Assembly (NCBI RefSeq): GCF_964204645.1
Contig: NC_134025.1
Location: 29,058,299 to 29,122,298, forward strand
Source: Tubulanus polymorphus
Taxonomy: Eukaryota; Animalia; Nemertea
DNA length: 64,000 nt
Direction: 5' to 3'
In this document: positions 12,273-23,740 of the stretch, piece by piece
How the letters are laid out: every line of letters starts with the position of its first letter
How positions within the stretch are numbered: position 1 is the stretch's first letter
The notes under the pieces: model-generated
The model's input: the letters and a program-made list of their open reading frames with translations, nothing else
The model's database searches: none
Told to the model about the DNA's origin: nothing
Program-made: the position numbers and the translations under genes

Positions 12273-12356
12273 AGACGCGCGCAGACCGCTGGACCATCAT
12301 TCGGTATCCGCCATAGCCCGTATATAGCACCATTGATCGTCGAAGTGTGCGACTAG
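12273..12356 (+). CDS. ODF3: Alternative (distal) last coding exon of ODF3 paralog 1
   Basis: Strong acceptor tttttttcag|, phase 0 like exon 11811. Encodes RRAQTAGPSFGIRHSPYIAPLIVEVCD*, homologous to the proximal exon. Has its own AATAAA at 12572. Confidence 0.85.
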   Translation, partial: RRAQTAGPSFGIRHSPYIAPLIVEVCD

Positions 12357-14332
12357 GAGATTAACGCTGTCTTCGTGCAAAACAAAATCCGAATGGAGAA
12401 AAATTTACTACCAAATTTCATTTCAACGAAAATAGATCAAATTAATATTTTAAGAATTCAATTCCAGAACTTACATATTACCGTTTTTTTTACAATTTTT
12501 TTTACGTAGTGCGTGTTGAGAATTTCTCAATAACATCATCATATTCATCACATATTCATTGTCATCATTCGAATAAAATCACTTTTCTTTCATTTAAAAT
12601 CTTTTTGCAACAAAGTTAGTAAATCCGCTCAGCTAAAACAGATTCCAAATAACAATAGTATTGCCATACGCTGTATTCGACCTTGGAGCAATTATCTTGA
12701 CAAGATGATTGTTCTAAGTTTTGACATTGCGCGACATTGGTTTCATTGGCTTCAATGAGCCGCTTACGCTTGACGGTCAAAATAATGCGTTGTGACGTCA
12801 CGCGAAAATCTCGCTTTGCTAGAGAAACGTTTCGCTATGAAGAATATTTTCGCCCTCAAAAGAGAAGTTGCCCATGAGATCACATGAGTCATCGGTTACT
12901 TCTCTATGAAAAAAAAACTCTAGTTTAGTGGAATACTGCTGTAGTCACCTGTGATATACATATTACTGAAATGATTTAGAAATATTCTTATCTATCGGTT
13001 TCTATTTTCTGGTTTTAAGTTAACATAATTACTATGATATTTTGTTTCATAACTTGTTACCTAGCTTAAGATTCGTGCTGAGTATCGAGTGAACCAGTCT
13101 TTAATTCATCATTCCTTTTAAGTACGGATTTTATTTACAGAAAACGTGTACATATAGTGAATATATATAAATGTATAACTAATAAATTGTGGTTGCAGAA
13201 ATATTATCTTCTTTATCTTATCGATTTTCTCCTTCGTTTTTTCCTTTTGAGCTTAGTGCAGTCGCTCGGGTCATTATTAGCCAATCAGAAATTCCGTTTT
13301 GTTTAAGCCTGCCTGGGTTTTCACCTGAAATCATCAATCGCTCCATGTGCGGCAATTAGCCACGTAAAGCGATTTAAAATCCAATTTTTCGTTCAATGAT
13401 CGTGGCCTTGATAAGTAGATCACGCCGCGCGTGTAGTTGCAACGTGCTCTCTAGGTCTCTCCTAAAACCCTCGCTAGTGTTAGGGTTAGGGTGATACTGT
13501 TGTTTTCTTTGCAAAGAGAAAATCATGTACTTTTTTCAATTAATTAATCTACTTGGCGCACACAATTCTAACAGATGTTTGTTGACCTATAATCCAAGCT
13601 GCTGTTACTGAATATTTTTACGTGCAGGGGACATTTGACGAAGGCGCCATCTTGTGAACAGATGAAGTTGGAATAGCTGACGTGGTGCGTACGCGATCGC
13701 ATGATAATATCCTATAAGTATGATATAATCGGGCGCGCGTTTATGATGTAATCTGTTTCTCCAATTTTGCTGGTGATGTAGACCAAAAACGTATTATACG
13801 GTAATGCTTTTTGTGTGCTGATGTTTCCAGCGTTTCATTGATATTATGTATACTTAAACTGCAGTCATCATCGACATTCATCGATTTTGACTATAGGACG
13901 AGCGAGAGCAGAGAGTGGCATACGCCATTTCAGATTACTGTCAGCTGCTTCAAACAGTAGGTTATGTGACGTTGGACTATAATACCGGTACATCGTTTGC
14001 TCAATTTGATGATGGAATTAACAAAATTATGTATATCATAACTATATCAAATGATATTAATGATACGTAATTCTTTTTTTAAAATGTACTGAGATATGAA
14101 AGAGGTCAAGATTAAATGGGTTGACTAACTAGTTCAACTAGAAACAATGAGCCGTTGCGAATGGGCACCTCCCAAGTTTCATTAATACAAATGTATAAAT
14201 ATATATACATAGTACAAGAATCGGTAAATGAATATTTTTGCTTAGCTTTTTTCTAGTGTATAACTGATCGCATTTCTATTTCAGATGTTCACCGAGTCAC
14301 TCCTGAGTTAGCACCACCACGAGACGGAAATC

Positions 14333-15151
14333 ATGCCTACGCTCATAGGGCACGCTATACCCGGCGTATTCTTCTCGGGATTTGCTCTCCATTGGACTAT
14401 TCAAATTTGGATTCGTTATTTCAAATGCAAACGAAATCAGGAAAAATTCTATAATTCTTGCACGTACCCGTGTTCCTGTTTTTGCGGATGTTTTAAAACC
14501 TACCAAGTTGAAAGCGTTTTTAAAGTCCTATTCCTCACAATTGGACTCATTATAGAAATAGTTGTGGGTTATGCCGACGGAACTGTGTCCGTTGCGCAGG
14601 GTCAGCATTCTACGATGTACTGCGCTTTCATTGTCGCTGGAATTCTCGATCTTTTGATTCACCACAAAGTTAGATTTATTCCCAAAAATGCCGACTACAT
14701 GGCATCATTTCTCGCTTTCACAATTGAAGTGATTCTATTCAAGTTCCATCTACACGGTCGCAGCAGTCTGGACGTACAATTGCATACTTTACTAGTTTAT
14801 GTGGCCGTCCTAAGTGCAATATCACTTTTAGCTGAAATGCGATACCCGAATAGCGTTTTAACTGGACTCGCGCGTTCATTTTCCGTTGGCCTTCAGGGAA
14901 CCTGGTTAATTCAAATCGGATATATTCTTTATTATCCATCTCCTGATGCATCAGGTTGGGACGGTGAAAACCACGAGCAAATGATGATCACTACAATAAT
15001 ATTTGGTTGGCACATGTTGATTATTTTAATCGCTATAATCACTATCGGAGCGATCGTGAGTCGCTTTTTCCGCTACGATTATTCGAAAAACGACGGATCA
15101 AATTTAGGTTTAATTGAACATGTTACTGATATTGAAACCTATAAGGACTAA
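14333..15151 (+). CDS. TMEM45B: Transmembrane protein 45 (DUF716), single coding exon
   Basis: GHAIPG N-terminus, QHSTMY, FKFHLHGR, LQGTWLIQIGYILY, and FGWH motifs with about 7 hydrophobic segments. A splice acceptor ends at 14284, implying a 5' UTR exon upstream. A versus B orthology is not resolvable. Confidence 0.9.
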   Translation: MPTLIGHAIPGVFFSGFALHWTIQIWIRYFKCKRNQEKFYNSCTYPCSCFCGCFKTYQVESVFKVLFLTIGLIIEIVVGYADGTVSVAQGQHSTMYCAFIVAGILDLLIHHKVRFIPKNADYMASFLAFTIEVILFKFHLHGRSSLDVQLHTLLVYVAVLSAISLLAEMRYPNSVLTGLARSFSVGLQGTWLIQIGYILYYPSPDASGWDGENHEQMMITTIIFGWHMLIILIAIITIGAIVSRFFRYDYSKNDGSNLGLIEHVTDIETYKD

Positions 15152-16629
15152 TGGTGAATGTTTTTTTTTCTATGCATATTATTACTTTGCCGCCAAAATT
15201 TGGTAAAACGTATACATGTATTTTATTTTTTCAAAATAGTCGATGAAACCTACCTATTTTTTATTTCCACCACCGACATCGTGTTCAGATTTTGAATGAA
15301 TACGAATGTAATGGATTTGAAGTAATCGAAGATTAAGATGACATTGATACTAGGTATCTATATATCGTGCGAGTCAATCCAACTACATTCATGGAAAAAT
15401 GTGTGCCAATTTCAATAATGTATTGTTGATATGTCCATTTGAAATAGTCGTTTGACTTAAACAGTATTTGTGACAAAGCTTAATAGGTGAGAGTTTTAAA
15501 CGTTTGCATGACGTAATAATCGGGGATTTTGGGGGCTTCTACTTTCATTGTATTATATCAATTGTATTAGAGGATTGTAATTTTCTTTTATTAAGATTGT
15601 ATTACTAAATAATATTTTATAAACTATTTATTTTTTCTATGCTGAGTATTTTATTGTAGTATTATTATATTGCATGAAAGTACGGGAGCGTCGTGACTTC
15701 GCATAATCTCAATGAAAAACTCGAAACTTTACATATGTCCCTAGACGCTTCCGTGATTGTAGCCTCTTGTAGTCTCACAGAGACGATTAATTACCGAAAA
15801 TGATGAAAGAGAAACGTTATAACTAGTCAAACAGCGAGGTTCAGCCATACGTTGATCTGTACGTCCAAATAAATGAAATTTAGTACAACAAATTTCAATG
15901 CAAATAACTGTGAATATGGAGAACCGTTGACATTTTGCTTATTATAAAAATGTAATTTCATAACTGACGGCGTCGGTGATTTTTCTCTTGTGATATGCAT
16001 TTGATATCAAAAATTCTTTAAGACAGTGCAATAAATATTCCTTAAAACGTGCCATGTTTGTACGTTTCATCTTTAAAACTCACTTAGTGGGTTAAGCATG
16101 CACGTTTACCTATATTAGTTTTTAATCAAACGGGTTCTTTTGAGACGATAATTATTATATAGGTCGTTCTTTTTAATAATATTGACAACGCCGAGTGCAA
16201 GGTGTTTTGTATAAGTTTGAGAAGCTCATAGTAACGCGGGAACTGAACGATAATAAACATATTTTATTATCTGCTTACTAGATATCCATTTGTCTTCGAA
16301 GACAGGTAAATTTTATGGTTGTAATTAATGAAATATTGGGTAAATGGTATGTTTATACTGTGTGTTATATATATTTAACGAATATCGATGCATTTAAAAT
16401 GTCGATTTTTACTGTGAAATCTCATATCCTATATTTCGTGTGGTATGAACTCGGTGCTTTCAGCTTTTTCTATCAATGTGGTTTTAAACACAGATCTATA
16501 TGAAAAATAAAATAGCTCCTAACCAGCTGGTGAAAATATTTATCTTTTTCATTTTTTTGTATTATCGATTGACATAACGGAAAGTTGATTGATTATTTTG
16601 TGGGACGCCAGAGATGATAAGCTTCTGCC

Positions 16630-16674
16630 GTTGCTAGTGATAGTAGTTGTGGATGCTGGCGTTGCTAAGGACAC
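16630..16674 (+). promoter_or_regulatory. Paired RFX X-box-like motifs upstream of ODF3 paralog 2
   Basis: GTTGCTAGTGATAG at 16630 and GTTGCTAAGGACAC at 16661. A candidate 5' UTR exon donor (cac|gtaagt) follows at about 16842, with an acceptor at 18851. Confidence 0.55.
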
Positions 16675-18870
16675 GGCGGCATAAAACATACGCTTGGGAA
16701 TAATTTATTCTATGCCCAGCTGACTGTCTGTAAGGATGCAAAAGGGATTTAGTTCTTACAGGAATTTTATTAGAATATTTCGATTAAAAATTTGTTTTCG
16801 AGGCCACATTCGAAAGTAGCAAGGATTTAAGTCTATCACACGTAAGTCGTAGTTGATCAAGTAGATTTAATCAACGTATTCAATAGAACGATAACCACAC
16901 TCAAACGTGGTGAACGGATAATAAGATAAAAATGTCTAAAAATTAAAATAAAAATTAATCTGTAGATAGTGGGTTTTAACTTATTAACGTATTCAATGTA
17001 TTATACCAAAATATTATTTCCTTCTGAATGGAATATACAAACAGGGCTAGAGTCCTTATATATCCGAGTTTTAAGTAGATTTCTGAAATAATGTTCAAAA
17101 CAGATTAACAACTCATCGTAGTCCATGATCGATCTCAAAATAGGGATACTCCCTGTTATTTATTTGTTTGGAAGATTTGGTTTGATTTGGTGTCCCGTAA
17201 ACACTTGCCGGGAACGAAACAAGGGGTTAGCTTTATAAATCGGAAATCGAAGTACAGATAAAGTTGTGTGATCTGCGGTCGAATTAACAGAAGTTTTGAT
17301 TTAAATCGTAGTACATAATATGGATATTTCGGGTTAATTTTGTTGGTTGTCTTATTTAATACATCTACATTTTGGAAATAACTACAACAAGGTCGAAGAT
17401 AATATTGTGCATTTTTATATTTTTGGTGGTTTCCAGTGTAAATAGTCCGAAAGTTTATTGTGCTTTTTTCTCTGGTAGGTAGTGATGTAGTCCATGATTT
17501 CAACAGAAAGGCATTGTGACTGATTATCGCACGTAGAGTCGACAGGTTTTTAGCGAGTGGTTATGTTTTTGAAAAAAGCTCCCCACATCGCTTGACAATG
17601 CGGTATTATTGAGCCATAAATCTCCACACGTCGGGGTTTAAGTTTCAGCGAAATAAATATGGGAATTCATATACTAGAATACACATATGTATGGATTCAT
17701 AACAACATATTGGCAGCCCATTAAAATAATATTTTTTAAGTTTATATTTGTGTGTGATATAAATACACATGATATGGCGGAAAATGCCATGGATGAATTG
17801 GATTATATGGCGGCAGTTTATGAGAAATCAAACCCCATTTATTTTGAACTACTCACACTGCCCATTGATTTGTTTCATTCAAAAGGAATTTTAACCCGTG
17901 ACCTCAGCACATCAGGCCTCTCCAATCTTTGATCAGATACTTCAAGTTTATCTTATATACGCGTATTATGGATGTAGGATTAGTTTTATTGAAATGATAT
18001 TAAGTCTTCTCAGACCAACTTCAACGTATATTAATCCTAACCAAATTACTTTTACATTGCAACTATTTTGTGCAGAATGAGAATGATTATGTATTGAACC
18101 TATACACAAAGGTTATAGGGCCTCTACGTTCCAACATGATAAGAGTCCTCGACGACGTCAGTATTCGCTGTGAACCTTACCGTCCATTTGGATTGTTGTC
18201 ATTTTGTAAGGTGTTCCGCTGAATAGGCATTCTATCACTTGGGAGAATCTTTATTTGTAGTAAATCTAATTATCCTGTCTTATCGTTTTTGGTGAGTATT
18301 TATTAAAGGTGATATGCCTATCTCTCTTGAGTGTTGATTTTTGTATTCATACCAGTTTTCGAAGTGTATTTTCTATAAGGATTTTCTTGTAGTCATCCAG
18401 CTAAATAAACTTGTATTTGAAAGTCCTGTTGCCTTTTTCACTGAACGACTAACGTTTTATGATTATAGTTCATCAATCGAATTTTCCCTACGAATGAAAC
18501 TTAGTCGTTCCATTGTTCGAACTGTCGGTCCTTTGAAAATGCATAGTATCTATGCGTTGTCAGACCTTTTTGGGTCGAATATGATTAATCGACAACTGAA
18601 AGTGATAGTTGAGTTTTAGATTTCAAATACAGCGAGCTACCTGCGCCGGACGTAACGCGGCGTAAACAGTGGCATGTTTACATTTATAAACGTTATACTC
18701 GATGTAGGCTTAAGAATGATTCGTTCAAATAATTAAAATATAAGTGGATTTGAATCCATCGATGAGCACGCTTGAGTAATAGTCATGTGAGCGTAGATTC
18801 TAAGATGTTCTAATGGATTCATATTAAGGTATATATTACTTCTTATTACAGAGTATTCGATTGATTAACG

Positions 18871-20117
18871 ATGTCATCTGAGACCAAACCTCGAGGTCCT
18901 GTAGCTGCCATGTATGGCAGTCCGGGACCTGTGTATAAGCTACCAGGACTGTGTGGACGGCGACAGCATGATCCCAGGAGTATCCATTTCTGTGGTCCTG
19001 AGTGGGCGTTCGGAATAAAATCCGGGAAATATCGAGACGATTCCAGTCCCGGTCCGAAATATGTAACAGGCAAAAATACGCGGTTTGGTAAGGACGGAAC
19101 ACCACAGTATTCGATATATGGAAGAAATCGTAATTTGACGATGTTTTCGACCCCTGGACCCGGTACATATTCAGCTGAGAATTGTACCGATAGATCGATG
19201 AATAGGGCGCCGGCTTATAGTTTCGGTACGAGACACCGTGAACGAAGGACTGACGATGTTCCAGGTACAGTAATTTTCTTACTTAAACTCAGAATCAACG
19301 CCGATAGCCAATGGTGTCTAAAGATTTGAGACATAAGCGCAGAAATGAAACATTCAAAAGATTATTGAGCCCAGCGATTTGGTGCTGTTTCCTACAGCCA
19401 CAATCGGGTGGGATTTCGGACCGTTTTTGAACTTAAAACTGATGCTGGATCCAGAACCTGAAATTAATTTTTTCTACCACATTTCTAACTACAAATTTTG
19501 CATTCAAAATGTACACAATCGGCACGCTATATATCAGTTTTCAACATATGCTGCTTTTTCATTTTCTAGGGCCAAATCGTTACTCATTGCCTCGTGTGAA
19601 CGTGAATAAAAAATCAGCCCCATCACCGATTGTTGCCAGTCGAAGTAAACAAGGAGGATTTGCTGAAGATCTAAGCCGGGTATGTTTATGAATAGTTCGA
19701 GCAGAAATCGAAATGTTGTCTAAAAGCCATATTTAGTATAGGCAATTTTCTGCTATTTTTTCTTTCAGGCTCCTGGTCCGGGAGCATATAAAACAACCGA
19801 TCCAGATAAATATCTCTGCGCTTTACCGAAATTTACGCTCACAGGACGTAACGAGATGCCTGGTGATAGTACCCGAAAACCAGGTCCAGGAGCTTACTCG
19901 CCTAACGTAAGTATTCTAGTAAGAGTTTGATTAGAGTCATTGAGAACGTGTTGGAAAAAAAAACTGAACCAACTATTTATCAAATTGACTATGCAATCAT
20001 CAAGTAATATTTATGTATAAAACTGAATAGTTGTATTGGAGGATTGGTGTTGCACCAGGTTTCTCTTTTGGTCGTCGGCACTCTCCGTACAAAGTTGCCT
20101 TATTCGATTACGACTAG
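18871..20117 (+). CDS. ODF3: ODF3/CIMAP1-family paralog 2, proximal-last-exon isoform (242 aa; exons 18871-19264, 19570-19679, 19769-19906, 20031-20117)
   Basis: PRGPVAAMYGSPGP start typical of ODF3. SHIPPO repeats present, with the same intron positions and phases as paralog 1. Last exon LYWRIGVAPGFSFGRRHSPYKVALFDYD* has a weaker acceptor. Confidence 0.85.
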
Positions 20118-20502
20118 TGAAAGGTAAAAGTTAAAACCGTCGCTAGAAAGATAGATCTGCTAGATCTGATACTACAGATTTATGTAGTTCTTCGTAACTA
20201 TAGTCAGGCGTGTCTGATGTGTGGGATTCTACTCCGATTCTTTAGAAGTTTCTATACTTTGTAAGACGCTTTCTGAGTAGTTTTATGATATACCTCGTAC
20301 ATGTATATTCTCTATCAATGTATGCATAGATATTTTTTAAATCAAATACTGAACGTCAATAACAGGTAAAGCACAACCGGTAATGTACATAGGTACACTT
20401 ATTATTATCACAATACACTTATTATGACCCGGAGTTTTTAACTCGAAATTCCAAAGCCTATTTGATCGGAGCATTTATTTGATGTCTTTTTTTATTTTAC
20501 AG

Positions 20503-20595
20503 TATCGTTGCCGTTGTAACGCTTCCGGTCCGTCGTTTGGTATACGTCACAGTCAGTACACCGCACCTCTTATCGCGGAACCAATTGATGATTAA
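20503..20595 (+). CDS. ODF3: Alternative (distal) last coding exon of ODF3 paralog 2
   Basis: Strong acceptor ttttattttacag|, phase 0. Encodes YRCRCNASGPSFGIRHSQYTAPLIAEPIDD*. Confidence 0.85.
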   Translation, partial: YRCRCNASGPSFGIRHSQYTAPLIAEPIDD

Positions 20596-23500
20596 GTCAT
20601 CATATACATTGATTCAAGATTTGGACGTTCAATCGATTGCTCTATATTTTACGTTACCGGACGATGTTCCAAACCACAATTTTGATTTGAATAAGTTTTA
20701 ATTTGGAAAATCCGACGACTATGACATAACTCCGTAATACTGCAGACAAAAAAGTTTAGGGTATACATATACACTTAAGGTCTGATCGATCAGGCCCCAG
20801 GACACCACTTCCCCGGACACTGCAAACATCAAATCTATATATAAATATAAAATCTATAGATAACTAATCGAAACTCATAATATTTTAGTACCCTATCGAA
20901 TGACATTCACTCAATTTAGCACTCATTATTTGTCAGTTAAATGTTTTTAATTTATAGATATTATGTAATCTGCTTCCACCGTATTAAAAATGATGTAAAA
21001 AATGATACCAGTTTTACGACCTTGGACTTGCAGTAAAGGACGAGCGTTACTTTCTACGCTTAGGGCGGTTGCTCCCGGCGTAGCAAGGTCACGGTTAAAT
21101 ACCACCAAAAACCTGATTTTCGTTTCGACGTATTCCGCGCTGGTTCAGGAATGGCAATTCTGGATTACAAACGCCTGTTCGCTGCTACATGTATTAGGTT
21201 TGTAGATGCTATTCCGGAATTATAGGAACTCGCCGCACATTGGTACGTAGCCAGAGGCTTTTAACACCTTCCAGCACGTTTTACGAAAAAAAGCAGCGAT
21301 ATTTGAGAATTGCACCCATCGATATTGTAACAAGATTTGTGAAACCATCGCCATAGGATTTAGCCTTATTGGAATTGGAGAATAAAAAAAACATTGTATC
21401 CTCGTTCGTCCGCCGTATAAATAGCGATGTCAATACATGTCAATTCAATGTCGACCGGCGAGTGCTGCCCCTGTGTACAACGTTAGCGGGGAAAACGTGA
21501 ACTAACGTAATACTCGCTTGCCCGAGTCTTTGAACGCCCGTAGTGGACAAACTATTTACCGATTAGCGGGCCGGATTTCCGAAAAAAGCAGTGAAAATAC
21601 TCAACTGACAAATTTTCTATAAAAGAATTAGTTTTAAAAGAGTAAATTTTATCGGAGTATGTCTAGGTTTGGTGGAAAGACTATAAACTAACTTGATAAG
21701 CGAGCCTTTGCTAAAAAATTGAATATCGTTAACCAATAACATAATATATCATTCAAAATTTATAACTATACTAAAAGTTATAAGTTATATTCAAGACGGA
21801 TCCATAGTATAGAAGCCCTGGGGCATGAGGGTAGCCTAGCTGGAAAGATTATCATAGCATAACCATACAAAGGTCAACAGGGCATGGATTGTGGAACCGA
21901 AATGATTCGAAGTCAACCAACAAATGAAGAACTGGATCAAATCTCCACAATAATAAATCTGCAACACAACTATTTCAATCATTTAAATTAATTATCTTTT
22001 TATTCAAACAATCTTGACACAATTTCGTTTCCGGTGTATATGCAAATTGTACACATCTCTTTTTTTTACAACGATCAGTATTTACACAAGAGAACTGGGA
22101 AAGTGTTGCTATGAAAACCGCACTAAAAATCACAGCAGATCATCAGAAAACAATCTGACCGTACAAAAAATTGCATGCGATTCAATTTATTATTATCATA
22201 CAACTATATGCTCAATAAAACCAGAAAATAAATACAAAGATTAAATTTACAGTATTAACACTAAAGGTTGTTCCATGAACAAGAACTACTTCCATTATAT
22301 GAAAGTACAATGGACTTAATGTATTTAAAAAGTGAAACCGACCACGCGTGGGCTGGTAGAGCCCGATTATCTGAAAGCAGTTTGCAAATATCATTTCACA
22401 CAATATTCCACGAAGTGCAGGTGTGAATCTACAGCCCGAAATGTACTGTGAAGCCCTAACGATCAGCTTTTGAAAATGCTTATGTAAGGTAAATGTCTAA
22501 TGTTAATTGTTTGTAGTTCATTTGCAATTAAAAACATCTGGGATGAAGTCTAGTCTAGTAAGTATCTAGTAAAACATCTGGTATTCAGACTAGGGACCGT
22601 ATGTGCAGATCTTTGTCCAGGCTGCAGATTGGATATCAGTACCTGCATTAGCATGGGTCAACAAACCCACACAGTCTACACTTCTGATATAAAACAAACC
22701 TCGTTTAATAGAAAATGATTTAAGCTATTTCTTAGATTGTTTGATATGAATAAGGGTCTCTTAACTGATAAATTCAAGGCCTTATTCGTAGATATTTACG
22801 ATGAGACTAGCATAAACACAAGCACAATGCATTCATTCACATGTTACACATTCACCACCCGTACATTAGCCAAAATCGATTATAAACTCTTCAACACATC
22901 TCAATCTCAACAGAAATCATTTCGTTGAATCATGATTCTTAAAAACAAGTTATTTCAATAAATACAAATAAATTAAAACTAGTTGTTGCGTTAAACAGTT
23001 AGGTAATGACTTCGTACAACTTGTACCATTGGCATTTCTATAGTTTAATGAGACTCGGATGAACGTTTAGAAGTTGCCATCATAAAAGAGGTGAAAATCG
23101 TTGATATTCCGTGATTTAGAGACACCACTAGTATCTTCAGAACACTCTTTTTGTGAAACACATTGGAATTACACTTTCAATCACACGTTTCGATTTAATC
23201 GATTGACTTATCGACACTAGACTGCTCTAAATACAGTAGCATCAAAATGAATGTATATATTTACTGTAGAATTTAGATGAATTGTGAATCAGCTGGATTC
23301 AAGCTAAGTTAAGCTCTAATCAAAATCAGCTCTGGTTGACTGATATTAATCTCAGTATTTCAGAGTTCATGAACAAAACCCACAGACAGTTGACGATTTG
23401 ACAATTTGATTTCTGAAAGTTTCGCAAAAGACCTTTTTTCTGTTTCTGCGATGAAGTTTAGTCAGAACTTCGAAACTGTCAGAAAATGAAATATCGAATC

Positions 23501-23740
23501 ATCAACTGTGAGTTCCGTTCATTAAAATCAGTTCTTTTCCAATATTCCCACCGATCAAATTCTCGTCAAGAACTTTGAAAACTAGGCTTTAGCGATTTGA
23601 ATTCGATGAGACGCAGCATGCGACTGCGTTGGAGTTTTAGTTATTTCTGTTTAAACAACATTCGAGACACTAATACAGGAATAACAGACATCACGATCAC
23701 GCGTAGCACACATTTCATATCAAACTCCACGAGATACAAT

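Noticed and set aside
13479-13492. Telomerase RNA template (minus strand CCCTAACCCTAAC)
   Set aside because: The would-be template pairs with the adjacent AGGGTTTTAGG, and I see no convincing pseudoknot, CR4/5 or H/ACA elements. Two TTAGGG units are common in repeats.
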